DNA from: Felis catus
Lineage: Eukaryota
Direction: 5' to 3'
DNA length: 64,000 bases
NCBI RefSeq assembly: GCF_018350175.1
Contig: NC_058368.1
Coordinates: forward strand, 180,670,001 to 180,734,000
This document shows positions 1 through 12,850 of this stretch, in pieces (within the stretch, counting starts at the first letter, position 1; the number at the start of each line of letters is the position of its first letter). A model generated the notes under the pieces. The model had not been told where the DNA came from, did not search any database, and saw nothing but the letters and a program-made list of their open reading frames with translations. The position numbers and the translations under genes are program-made.

Positions 1-2284
1 AAGACTGGGATTTTAGTGGTCACCTTCAGTCTTTGGACTCTTCCTTTCAGAATCGGTTTGTAAAGAACCTAAGTTTCCAATGTGGCTTCTCATTTTGGGC
101 CTAGAAGGAGGGCACAACTGCCTGCTTTGGAGCTGGCACTCAGGGACCTTCAGAAATGACCAAGAGAGATGTTTCAGAGACTCCTGGTTTACCCATGATT
201 TGGAATGCATGGGTTCTGAGAATTTTACATGTACATGTATGTGTACAGACCAAACTGTGTCACAGGACAGGGATGCAATTAGATCGCTGCAGTAAGTGGT
301 GCCACCCTGCCTCATCAACTGTCCCCTGTTGTCATGTATCTATCTTGTTTTTATAGTAATTAGCTTTCCTTCTGTGAGAGTCTAATTTCCCAGAGATTTA
401 GTAAACCCCTTGAGGACAGGACCATGTTCATCATTGTTGATTTCCTTTTAGCTCTGCAGTCATCAATGTTGATGTAAGTAAATATTTCTCCTATGTTCCT
501 GATATTTAGACATCGTCAACTAGGAGGTTATGGCAAGCACTAAATAGCCATTTATGAAAGACATGGAAAACACAGTTTGTGGAATAGACCTCATGCTGCA
601 CACCTGGTACCTTTTTCTGAGGTTTGTAACGTAATTACAAACTTTTCTGAAAAAAAACATCTTAAAGTTGACATATGGTTGAGGGATGTCCTGCCCTCCC
701 CCCAGTGTTTTATTATAGGACAGTTGTGGAAATTATTTGGACTATGATTCTTAGCAGAATTCTCATCCTTCTGAATCTACCAGAGAAAAATGAGTTCAAA
801 AGTGAGAATATCAAAGCCACATAATTGACTCTGGATAGACTCTCTTTAAATGTAGAGAGCATGCTTTCTATTCCAGGATACTTTAGCAGAGGTCTGTACA
901 GAGTTGCTACACATGCTGATTGTCTAAGGCAGGGTAGAAGAAAGCTTTGAACCCAGGGTGCCCAAGATACAGGTTAGGGACTGTGCAAATGTGAGGAAGC
1001 ATGAGAAAAAGTATGGTCTTTTGAAAAGTTTTGAGAGGGCTTTGAAGAAAAAGTAAATTTGTTCCATGTCAGTTTCTCATGAAATATGCTAAGTTCTATG
1101 TCAGGAATGGCAAATGTGTGATGTAAATTACTATTCTCCCTTCCTGTACCTCTGCAGACATCATCAATTGATCATGGCATCTTGTTGCCCTGAGTCTAGA
1201 CAGAACCTCAAACCTTCAATGCAGTGCCCAGGTTGAGACCTGCAAGAAGGCAGAATTGGCATTTCAAGAGAAAATCCACTTTCCATTTTTGATCTAGGTA
1301 ACATTAAAATATCTCTTCTACTGGCAAGACTAGAATCGGCATCATTTCTTACCCCACTTCTACTTTAGCCCACTGAAATAGGAAACTAGTGAGAAGGGTG
1401 GCCACACATACAGTGAAATGAGCTTCCAAGGGCTGTTTCTGAGTTGAGGATTATATATTGGACAAGCTGCCATGAACAGCAGAGAAAGTTACATCAAATC
1501 ACCCCCACTGGACCCCCAATGCACCTTCTTTCCTCTCAAAGGGTGGAAGAGGGTAGAAAGTAAGGGGTGAATAAGTATTATCTTTATTAATTGATAAAAT
1601 AGTTACAATTATTTTATTTATTCATACTGCAACTATTTCTCTTCTGTATAAACTCCATGTGGTGAAAAAAAATAGGATTGTCTAGAAGGTAAGAATGGAT
1701 TTTATTTAAAACCAGGTGCTTGGGAAATCAAATTTAAAATGTGACCTACTTAAATTACTCAGGGGAAGAAATGGAGACTCGTCAGGTCAGAGAATTCTCC
1801 ACATTCTAAATGCAGCTTTCCTTCAGTATGTTTGCTGCATGACCACTGGGAGTGTGGTAAGAAATGCAAAACACTGTGGTAGTCTCTGGAAAGCAAGGCA
1901 CTGGATGGACTTGGCTGATGCCACATAAAAAAGTGGAAGCAGCTTAAAGAGGAATGAATTTTTCTAGTAATCCAGGTGCCACTGGGGGCGAATGCAAAAG
2001 CCAGATGAGAGCCTTCTAGTGGTCACTGGGCTCACCTGCATGGAGAACATCATCCCTCAGGAGTAACTGATTCATTCTCAGACATAACTCAACCCAGACT
2101 GTCACAGTATGTAAGGCTCAGCCTGATCCTCATTTGAGAGGCCGAATGTGGGGACCTCCCATATTCATAACTTTTCTTATATTTTTACTATCACAAATCT
2201 ACATGATTGTTTTCTTTAAATGACAGCTTATAGGACAAACAACTCTTGACTCCATGCTCTGCCCGGAGGTAATATGGAGCAGAA

Positions 2285-2500
2285 GCAGAAAGAGCAAAAA
2301 TTTTGTTGTCAGAAAGACCTGGGCTTAAAAACCTGGCTTGTCACTTACCAGCTTTGGGAATTTGGCCAGATCACTGCATTTCTCTGAAATCCAATTTTAT
2401 CTTCAATGTATCATTTTTTCAGACTTAATGGGAGCATTAAGTGCAATTATGCATGCAAGGACTCAAAGTAGTAGCTGACACATGGTTTACAATGACCAGA
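2285..2500 (+). mobile_element. MIR SINE relic
   Basis: Degenerate MIR motifs (gacctgggctt...cacttaccagct...tcactgcatttctctga...gacacatggt). Confidence 0.6.
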
Positions 2501-3101
2501 TGTTCCCTCTTGAAATTCCAGACTGAACCTCCAAAATGACTTCAAGGGTTAATAAAATAAAAAATGCAGTGTGTCTCAAACGTGTGCATGCACGCACATA
2601 CATACCTCCACCACCACCACCACCAGGCTATCAAATAATACTAATGGAAAGAGTTCATCTTCTTCTTCCCGCAATCTTCTCTGGTTGTGGGTGGGAGGTG
2701 GTTTTGGAATCACATGTGGAGTGTTTGATGTCCCTGCCTCTCTCTCCTCTTCCTGAGGCTTACAGTAGCAGAACATTGCGCATTCAAGCTACTATTTAAA
2801 ATTAATTAAGATGTTTGCACAAAGTGACTATTCTTGTTTTACAAATCTAGTAAATAGAAGCTCTAAGACTCACGCAGAAGAAAAATAAATTACTGCTGCC
2901 ACTAACAAATGACAAGTTAACAGGCTGATGACAAAAAAAAAAAAAATGACACAATTTAGATTCACCTAAATGTGTAAAGCTCATTTTAATGATCAAGCTG
3001 GAGGGTTTTTTTCTCCCCCAAGTTCTCTGTAAGGGATGAAATGAATTATCAGTGTTATTTGCTCAGTGGGAAGTAACAGGACAAGCCACCCATATCTTCT
3101 G

Positions 3102-3128
3102 TTTTCTTTTTTTTTATGTTTATTTATT

Positions 3129-3166
<38 letters not shown>

Positions 3167-3338
3167 AGTGAGTGAGCATGAGTGGAGAAGGGTTAGAAGG
3201 AGAGAGGGGGACAGAGGATCTGAAGCTGGCTCTGTACTGACAGCAGCAAGCCTGACGCGGGGCTTGAACCCACAAACCATGAGTTCATGACCTGAGTCGA
3301 AGTCGGAAGCTCAACTGACTGAGCCACCCAGAAGTCCC
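3102..3338 (-). mobile_element. Can-SINE (SINEC, felid type)
   Basis: Poly-T, then tttatttatttttg(ag)n, then the reverse-complement tRNA-derived head ending gagccacccagaagtccc. Confidence 0.92.
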
Positions 3339-6006
3339 TCAAATGTTGTATCTTTTAAAAATTATTTGAAATATGATTGAAAGCCTCTGTGGAAAAGAGA
3401 CTTGAGAATACTTGAACCTAGTAATCTGGGTAAATTGTCAAACTAACACTAACGATTAATTGGTTGTCTTACTTCCCAGTTAATCAATAAATACTTATGA
3501 ATAACCTAATACGTACTAGTAGCTGGGTTAGGTGCTAGGAAAAGAATGATGGAGAAATAAAGATGCCTGATTGTCCTGAAGCAATTGAGGATCTAATATT
3601 TGGGTGATAAAGGCAAAGCAAAGCTCAGTATCCTTAACACCAAAACTGGTGTCCCATGGTCTTTCCACATTGTGGAATTAGCTTGGTGCTCAGCAAAATG
3701 GGTTAGGAAAGAGAAGTTTCATTTCTTGCTAGGTCCCTACAAGGAGCTCATCTGCAGAACCAAGGTGGGGAAGTACTCTGACCAGGGAACTTGGTGGGAT
3801 GCAGAGCTGCCTGATTTGGATTCTTAGATGAGGACTTTTGTGGGCTCTAGGGCCTAGTTTGCCGGCACCCAGGCAAGGAGCTGAATCATAGCCCTACCCA
3901 CTGTGAAGAGTGTCTTCTAGCTCCATGTGACCAGAATGGCTGGTAACAGCTCCTGGAAGCTGTGTAGTCCAACTGTGCTTGAGCCAAGAGGCAGACAGGA
4001 AGATCTGACTGCCCCCAAAGCAAAGCTAGTACCACGCATGGAGGCTTTCTGTGCCATTCACAGTAGGGGGATTAATTCATGCCAAGGCTGAAGGTAGCTC
4101 TCAACCCCTCCCACCTGAAGAGCATGTTTGGAAGTTGAGAGTAGTCTGGAGCCTTCCTTCTCCCTTCCACATAGGCAAGGGGGCTGAGACATAGCCCTGA
4201 TCACTATGGAGTGTGTCTTTCAGCCTTATCTAACCAGGGCTGGTAAGAAAAATGTGAAAGCTGCATGGCCCAGTAGTACTAGAGCTGAGAATAGGGGAAG
4301 TAGAGCCAAATTTGCAGAGCGAAGCCAGTAGACCTGTTTGGCCCCAGAACTTGGAGTATAAGTCAGCTTGCATTAAGACAACAAAGAGTTTTACTGGTTT
4401 TAGAGTGGCTTCCCCCACAGTGCCCTGGCAGGAAATCTAATTTGTGGCCCTGCTTAATGCTGAATATTGCCTTCAGCCTGTGTGACCAAGGAACCTGCAT
4501 AGCTCATTCAACAACCCTACATACAGTGGCATTTGAACAGAGAGCATAGCCTGTGGTTTCCTTTGTCTGGAGAGCAAAATGAGTGGCCTCATATGACCAA
4601 GAATTCAGTGAATACCCTGGCCTGATTCAAACTCTCAAACAATGAACTGTACAAACCTTGGGTCCTGGTTTGTTGCCCTGACTAATTCATAGCCCATCTA
4701 TAATACCTAGCTCTAACCATTTATGAAGCCTGATCAGAGAATCCAGGCAGCCATGAAGCCCATCCCATAGCTTCACTTGGGTAGAGAACCAAGCCAGCAG
4801 TCATATCCAACTATTCTTAGCCAGTGGCAAATCCCTTCACCCTTGTCCTCAGGGCTCAAACAGTTGTCCTGCCCCAAAACAGACCATAATATCAGGCTCT
4901 ACCTGCCCAGGGACATTACCATAAGACATATTCAGAAGCCCAAAATGAGCTGATTGGTGAGGAACTATATCTTCCAAAGCAAACCTGTAAAATCTGCAAG
5001 AGAAGTCTCAACATAAAGAATCAAGGACCACAAAAAAAATTAGGTAAATATGACACTACTGAAGGAAACTATAAAATTCTATACTGTACTGATCCTACAG
5101 AAATGGAGATCTATGAATTGTGAGACAAAGAATTCAAAATAATCCTCTTAAGGAAGTTCAGTGAACTCCAAGAAAACACAGACAACTAAATGAAATTAGC
5201 AAAACAATGCATGAACAAAATGAGAAGTTTGACAAAGAAATAGAAACCATCAAAACCAAAACAAAAACAAAAACAAAACTCAAGTTGAAAAATATAATAG
5301 CCCAACTGAGAATTCAATATAGAGTTTCAAAAGTAGTAGACTTGACCATGCAGAAGAAAGAATCAGTGACCTGGAGGATAGAATATTGGAAACTACCCAG
5401 TTAGTGGAGCAAAAAAGAAAAGGATGAAAGAGTGAAGAAAGCCTACAGGAATTATAGGACACAATGAAAACACATAACATTCACATTATCTGAATTCCAG
5501 AAGATGAGATAAAGAGAAAGGGACAGAAAGTATATTTAAAAGCCAATAATGGCTGAAAACTTCCCAAATCTAGGGAGATAAATGGAAATCTAGATCCATG
5601 AGACTGAAACAAATAGGTTGAACTCAAATAGGGCTACACTGAGACACATTAATTAAATTGTCAAAAATCAAAGGTAAAGAATTTTAAGAAAATCAAGATA
5701 AAAGAGAGAAGTAATATACAAGGAAACCTGTATAGAACAATCAACAGACGTCTCAACAGAAAATTTTCAGGCCAGGAAAAACTGGGATAACATATTCCAA
5801 ATACTGAATAAAAATAACTGTCTACTGAAAATTCTATACCGGGTGAAACTGTCCTTCAGAAACAACGGAGGAATAATGACTTACCCAAATAAACAAAAGC
5901 TGAGGGAGTTCATGACCACCAGACCTGACCTACAAGAAATTCTAAAGGAGTTCTGTGAGTGGAAGTGAAAGAATGCTAATTAACCTCAAAAAAAAAACAA
6001 AAAACA

Positions 6007-6237
6007 GGGGCGCCTGGGTGGCGCAGTCGGTTAAGCGTCCGACTTCAGCCAGGTCACGATCTCGCGGTCCGGGAGTTCGAGCCCCGCGTCGGGCTCTGGG
6101 CTGATGGCTCAGAGCCTGGAGCCTGTTTCCGATTCTGTGTCTCCTTCTCTCTCTGCCCCTCCCTCGTTCATGCTCTGTCTCTCTCTGTCCCAAAAATAAA
6201 TAAAAACGTTGAAAAAAAAAACAAAAAACAAAAAAAA
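6007..6237 (+). mobile_element. Young SINEC_Fc inserted in the L1 just after ORF1
   Basis: ggggcgcctgggtggcgcagtcggttaagcgtccg head with CpGs intact, B box gagttcgagccc, (CT)n, aataaa and A tail. A-rich TSD aaaaaaaaaacaaaaaaca at 5988-6006 and 6212-6230. Confidence 0.97.
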
Positions 6238-6668
6238 GTAGTGTAAATCTCACTGGTAATGGTAAATATATATATAGTTAGATTTCGCAATATGGTAATA
6301 GTGGCACATAACTAACTTACAACTCTAGCTCTAGTTCTAAGTTATACAATTACATATAAATTGTAATAGCAATAGCCTAAAATGTGAGTGGGAGAAGTAT
6401 AAAATATATGAATTCTATTGAAATTAAGTTGTTATCAGTTTAAGATATTATAAGTTTAAGATATTTTATGTACCCCTCATGGTAATCCCAAGGGAAAATC
6501 TTGTAGCAATTACACAAAAGAATACAATAAAGATGCTTAAGCATACTAATGCCAAAAGATATCAAAACACACAAAAAGTAGGATAAGAAATAAGGAGCAA
6601 TGGATCTACAAAACAAGCAGAAAACAATTAACAAAATGGTAATAGTGTTTACTTATCAATAATTATTT

Positions 6669-6883
6669 ATTAAAAAAATTTTCATGTTTATTTATTTTTG
6701 AGACAGAGAGAGAGAGAGAGAGAGCAGGAGAGGGGCAGAGAGAGAGGGAGACAGAATCCCAAGCAGGCTCTGTGCTGTCAGCACAGAGCCCAATTTGGGG
6801 CTCGAACCCACAAACTGCGAGATCATGACCTGAGCTGAAACCAAGAGTGGGATGCTCAACCCATTGAGCCACCTAGGTGCCCC
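6669..6883 (-). mobile_element. Can-SINE inserted at the start of L1 ORF2
   Basis: Reverse-complement SINEC. Diverged TSD tcaataattattt / tcgataactactt. Confidence 0.93.
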
Positions 6884-9800
6884 TCGATAACTACTTTAAA
6901 TGTAAATGATTAAAATTTCTAATCAAAATACAAAGAGTGGCTGAAAGGAAAAAAGACAAGATCCAACAATATGCTGCTTACAAGAGACTCACTTTAGCCG
7001 CAAAGACACACAGAGAGTGAAGAGATGGAAAAAAAGACATTTCAAGTAAATGGTAACAACAACAAAAAGGAGGGGTAGCTATATTTATACCAGACCAAAT
7101 AGACTTTTAAAATGATAAAAACAAACAAACAAAGAAACAAGGAAAGTCATTATATACAGGGGTCAATAAGAGAAATAAGAGAAAAACAATTGTAAATATT
7201 TATGTACCAAATATTGAAGCACCTAAATACATAAAGTGAAAACTAACAGAGCTAAAAGGAGAAATAAATGATAAGATAATAATAGTTGGGGACTTTAATA
7301 CCCCATTCTCAACAATGGATAGATCATCCAGACAGAGAATTGATAAGGAAATAGCTGATTTGAACAACAGTATGACTAAATGGACCTAAAAGACATATAA
7401 AGAACCTTCTATCCTACAACACCAGAATATACATTCTTCTGAAGTGCACATAAAACATTTTCTAGTATAGACCACATGTTAGACCACCAAATAAGTCTTA
7501 GAAAAATCAAGGTTAAAATTATAACAAATATCTTTTCAGACCACAGTGATCTCAAACTAGAAATCAATAGCAAGGGGAAAATGGGAAAATTCACAAAAAC
7601 ATGGAAATTAAACAGCATCCTCCTGAGCAAACAAATGATGAAATAAGAAACTAAAAGTGAAAAAGTTTTCTTGGGACAAATGAATATAGAAATACAACAT
7701 ACCAGAACTTATGGGATGCAGTATAAGCAGTTCTTAGGAAGTTCACAGCAGTAAATGCCTACATTAAGAAGCAAAAAGAACTCAAATAATAACATAACTC
7801 TATGCCTTAAGGAACTAGAAAAATAAAGAACTAAGGCCAAAGTTAGCAGAAGAAAAGAAATCATAAGGATTCGAGCAGAAATAAATGAAGTAGAGAACAG
7901 ATACACAACAGGAAAGATTAACCAAACTAAGAGTTGGTTCTTTGAAAAGATACACAAAATTGACAAACCCCTCACAGGACTAACCAAGAAAAAAACAGAA
8001 AGAATCCAAATCAACAAATTTAAAAATGAAAAAGGAGACATAATAACTGACCACACAAAAATACAAAGGATCAGAAAAGGCTACTGTGAATAACTATACA
8101 CCAACAAATTGGACAACCTAGAAGAGATGGAAAAATTCTTAGAAAATCTGAATAAACAAATTACCAGTAAGGAGATTGAATTAGTAATAAAAAATCTCCC
8201 AATGAAGAAAAGCCCAGAACCAGAATTCATTGGTGAATTTTACCAAACATTTAAAGAAGAAGTAACACAAATGTTTCTCAAACTCTACCAAAAAATCCCA
8301 ACTGGAGATCCTGTTTGGGAAAATGAGAGTAATCTGGAATGGCTCCTCTTCTTACCATCCAGGCAAGGGGGCTGAGAATATATTTTATGAGGCTAGCACT
8401 GTCTGATACCAAAACCAGAAAATAACACTACTAGAAAAGAACACTACAGGCCAATATTCCTAAAAAATATAGATGCAAAACTTTCACCAAAATACTAGTA
8501 AACTGAACTTAGCAACACATTAAAAACATCATTCGCCATGATCAAGTGGGATTTATCTCTAGGATGTAAAGATGGTTCACATACATAAACCAATTAATGT
8601 GACACATTCTGTTAATAAAAGGAAACAAAATAATATCATCTCAATAGACACAATAAAAAGCCTCTGACAAAATTCAACATCCACTCATGATAAATACTCT
8701 TAACAAATTAGGCAAAGAAGGAATATATCTCAACATAATAAAGCCTATATATGAGAAGCCCACAGCTGACATCATACTCAACAGTGAAAGGTTGAAAGGT
8801 TTTCCTTTAAGATCAGGAATAAAACAAGGGTGTCCACTCTCAGTCCTATTTAGCGAAGTACTAGAAGTACTAGTAAGAGCAGTCAGGCAAGAAAAAGAAA
8901 TAAAAGGCATTGAAATTGGAAAGGAAGATGTAGAATTGTCTCTATTTGCAGATAACATTATTTTATATACAGAGAATCTTAAACATTCAACCAGAAAACT
9001 TAGATTAATGAATTCCATAAAGTTGCAGGATACAAAATCAACATAAAAAAAATCAGTAGTATTTCTATATGTTAACAACAAAGTTTTAAAAAATAAAGAA
9101 AGAAGTTAATGCCATTTACAATAGCATCAAAAGCAATAAAATACTTAGGAACAAATTTAACTAGGGAAGCAAAAGATCTCCACTCTGAAAACTGTAAAAC
9201 ACTGATGAAAGAAATCAAAGAAGACACAAATAAACAGAAAGGTATCCTATGCAATGTATTTGAAGAATTCATAATGTTAAAATGTCAATACTACCAAAAA
9301 TCATCTACAGATACAACACAGTTTTTATCAAAATTCCTATGGCATTTTGGTCCACAAAAGACCTCAGACAGAAAAAGAAATCCTGAGAAAGAACAAAGCA
9401 GAAGATATCATACTTCCTGAGTTCAAGCTATACTATAAAGCTATAGTCATCAAAATAGTATGGTTCCAGTATAAAAACAGACACATAGACCAAAAGAACA
9501 GAATTGAGAGTCCTGAAATGAACCCAAGCATATATGGTCAACTAATATTTGGTAAGGGAGCCAAGGGTATTTACTGGAGAAAAGATGGTCTCTTCAATAA
9601 ATGGAGCTGGGAAATTTGGATATTTGCATGTAAAAGAATAAAACTGGGCCCCTCTCTTACACCAGTCACAAAAACAACTCAAAATAGATTAAAGATTTAA
9701 ATGTAAGACCTGAAACCATGAAACTTCTAAGAGAAAATGTAGGAACAAATCTCCTTGACATGGGTCTTGCTAATGAGTTTTTGGATATGACACCTAAAAT

Positions 9801-10989
9801 ACAAGCAACATAATAAAAAATAAACAAGTGGGACTATATCAAACTAAAAAGCTTTTCCACAGCAAAAGAAACCATCAACACAGTGAAACACAACTCTCAG
9901 AATGGGAGAAAATATTTGCAAACCCCGTGTATCTGATAAGAGGTTAATATCCAAAATGTATAAAGAAGTCATACAACAAAATGGAAAAAACAAACAAAAA
10001 CAAAAACAAAAATTTAAAAATGGGCAAAGGGCCTAAATAGTACTTAATACAAAAAAGATATATGAAAGACTAATGGGTACATGAAAAGATGTTCAACATC
10101 ACTAGCCATTAGGGAAATGAAAATTAAAACAACGAAATATCTCCTCACACATGTTAGAATGATTATCATTAAAAGACAAGAGAGAAAACCGTAAATTGGC
10201 ATAGCCACTAAAGAAAACAGTATAAGGAACCTTAAAAAACAGAAACACTGTGATTCAGCAATTCTACTTCTGGGAATATACTCAAAGTAAACAAAACCAA
10301 TAACTAACTTGAAAAAGATATCTGCACTCTCATGTTCACAGGAGCATTGTTTACAATAGTCAAGACATGGAAGCAATCTACATGTTCACTGATGGGCGAA
10401 TGAATAAAGAACTTATGATATATAGACACAATGGAATATTATTCAGCCATAAAAAATGAGGAGATCCTACCATTTGCGACAACATGGATGAAACTTAAAG
10501 GCACTATGTTAAAGGCACTGTCAGACAGAGGAAAACAAAATTGTTCAATCTCACATGTGGAATATGAAAACCAACAACAACAAAAAACCAAACTCATAGA
10601 AAAAGAGATTAGACCTGTGGTTACCAGAGGTGTGTGTGGGGGGGGGGGAGGGGGGAGGACAGGAACTGGAGGAAGGTAGTCAAAAGGGACAAACTTCCAG
10701 TTAGAAGATAAGTACTAGAGATGTAATATACAGCATGATGACCATAGCCAACATTCCTGTATGATATATAGGAAAGTAGTGAAGACAGTAAAATCCCAAG
10801 AGTTTGCAACACAAGAAGAAAATTTTTTTCTCTTGTCTTTTATCTTTTCTTTTTATGAGAAAGCTATCCATATGAGAGGATGAATGGTAGTTGTGATCAC
10901 TTCACCATCTATATAAATCAAACTATTGTGTTGTATGCCTTAAACAGTGACATATGTCAACTGTTTCTCAATAAAGGTGAAAAAAATTC

Positions 10990-11440
10990 CATACAGATTA
11001 AAGATCTAAATAGAAAAAAAATACAAAAGCATGAGAAGAAATAAAGACTAATTTTATTTTCTTGGGAAGAGGATATGTAAGGAAGACAGATTCCAGAAAC
11101 CGAGAAGGAAAAGATCAGCTTTGATTACATAAGATTTATATTTTCTCTACTACAAAGAATGCCCTAACCAAATTAAGGGATGACCAACCCCAGGAAGAAA
11201 TATTTTTAACACATTTTACAGAGTAGAGTTTGATATTTGAAATACACAAAGAGCTCTTACAAATCAATAAAAAAAGAGACAGATGAATGAAAACCTGGGC
11301 AAAGGACATAGAAATGTAAACTGCCAATAAAAGTATGAGAAGACACATAGCTTCACTAGCAGTTAATTAAGTATAGATAAAAATAATGAGGAGAAATAAT
11401 CCTTGGCTTATCATATTGGGAAAAAAAACATTTAAAAGAC
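10990..11440 (+). mobile_element. Older L1 (L1M/L1ME-type) ORF2 3' fragment
   Basis: Degenerate L1 motifs: gattaaagatctaaat, aaagagctcttacaaatcaataaaaaa, gggcaaaggacat, cttcactag. Confidence 0.7.
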
Positions 11441-12382
11441 CACCAGGACTGCTGTGGCTGAAGGGAATGGGCTTTGTCAAATCCAGTTGGTGGGGGCAGA
11501 AACGAAAACTAGCCTTCAGGGGCTGGGCATAATTTGTCACTGTCTGGATAGCTCCCTGGCTCACTGTGCCCAACCAAGAAACCTAGTGATCAGTGCCTCA
11601 GTTTTCCCTCCCTATTAAATGGGCAGGGTGATAAAGAACTGTTTGTGTAGGAAGAGTGAGGAGGTTGGAAAGTAGAAGGAACAATTACAAAAGTACAAAC
11701 GCAAAGATCATCAGCCATTCTGATCACAATAGTCACTTGTGACCCAAACAGCAACCCCTACTTCCTGCCTAGAACACTCAGACACTAGTTGGTCTCAGTG
11801 AGGGCAAGATCCAGCAGGACTCCCGTGAAGAGAAGGAGAAAGCAGAGGGCGCTTCTGACAGACAGGGGCAGAGTCTCTGGCTCAGAGGGCCAAAGTTCAG
11901 GTGCACCAACTTTCTCATTCCTGTTCTGTCAAATGGCACATTAATAAGCAAGAAAGAGATTCAGGGAAGAATTTCCAGAAGGACAAAAAACTCATCAGGT
12001 GTGTCAGATCTCTGACATTCAGGAGCCATGTGGGGAAAGACGCACACGCTGACTTAAGCACGAAAGTATGGATGCTTTAATTAATCCGGGGTGAATTTAA
12101 TTGCTTTAGTTAAGTGGAAATCGGGTTAAAAATGATGCAGAGCATGCTGGGGTGTGTTAAAAACATGACATATGAGTTGGATGAATCGATAAATTAAAAG
12201 TGCACAGATGTTTTAATTAAACCCAGGGAAGTTAACGAAGATCACAAGAGACTTTTAAGCCTATGATTAATTCAATTCATTTAAAATACCTGTAGAGATA
12301 TGGGGATGCCTCCATTTTGAGAGTTATAAAAGTTCTCAATCGGTAAGTGCTTAAGCTGTTCTTAAAAAACGTCTAAGTTTGT

Positions 12383-12405
12383 GTTTGTGTGTGTGTGTGT
12401 GTGTG
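12383..12405. repeat. Short (TG)n microsatellite
   Basis: Visible dinucleotide run. Confidence 0.85.
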
Positions 12406-12659
12406 ACTGAACAACATTAATTACATAATGAATATTTAAATTCTTCATAGTACATGGTAAGCCTTTCTGCAGCTCAAGTCCAGAAATGAAGTAGCTTTTT
12501 ACTTACTACGGTTCAAGCAAGGAGAAGAGTCTGCAAATTATTGGCATCTTGTTACCTACAAGCACGGAAGCTTTCAAAAGACCTAGGGGGTCTATTTATT
12601 CATTGCTGTCTCCCCAGCCAGTAGAGCAGAGCCAGGTTTAGGAGGCAGCCTGAATCTCC

Positions 12660-12850
12660 CTTCATTTTTACTCACTGTGTGACTGTGTACGCTATTTGCA
12701 GCCTTGATTTCCTTATCTTTAAAATGGGACAAGAATTCAGGAGTACTTATCTCATTGTGTTTTTAAGAGGATGAAATAATGCCTATAAAGTGCTACGTAC
12801 AGGGCCTGGTACACAGTAAGAAATCTGTAGATGTGACTTTATTATCATTT
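12660..12850 (+). mobile_element. MIR relic
   Basis: tttccttatctttaaaatggg core, followed by gcctggtacacagtaag. Confidence 0.65.

Larger units (their letters stand above)
3700..10986 (+). mobile_element. Decayed near-full-length LINE-1 (older carnivore family, L1MA9/L1_Carn7-like 3' UTR), antisense to TENM2; 5' boundary uncertain
   Basis: ORF1 remnants at about 5000-5960. ORF2 remnants at about 6640-10510, including RT fragment 8687..9046 ([16 protein letters not shown]) and C-terminal MEYYSAIKNEEILPFATTW. 3' UTR ends with AATAAA at 10970-10975 and a short A tail. Many stops, frameshifts and deletions. Assigning 3700-5000 to the 5' UTR is inference. Confidence 0.92.

Noticed and set aside
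80..295. Cysteine-containing ORF near the window start, considered as the next TENM2 EGF exon
   Set aside because: Wrong strand and no EGF cysteine spacing. The listed minus-strand ORF here does not give the expected AACPVLCSGNG-like peptide, so the next exon must lie beyond the window.
1978..1992. CTCF-like gccactgggggcg
   Set aside because: Out of register with the CTCF core (lacks the AG), so too weak to call.
6007..6090. tRNA-like A/B boxes
   Set aside because: These are the tRNA-derived head of a Can-SINE, not a tRNA gene.
5942..6253. 103-aa ORF and similar ORFs at 2993, 3066, 18595, 25397, 27576, 38530, 45904 and 57922
   Set aside because: Translations of Can-SINE sequence (AWVAQSV, SLSLSL, RERERE patterns), not genes.
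10637..10657. G-run with quadruplex potential (also C-runs at about 39629-39647 and 56758-56772)
   Set aside because: The first is the ordinary L1 3' UTR G tract. The others are simple homopolymers with no supporting context.
5207..10679. ORFs with reverse transcriptase/endonuclease similarity, considered as an active or domesticated retroelement gene
   Set aside because: They are fragments of one decayed L1 with stops, frameshifts, deletions, a SINE insertion and a mutated catalytic aspartate. The antisense ORFs are shadows.
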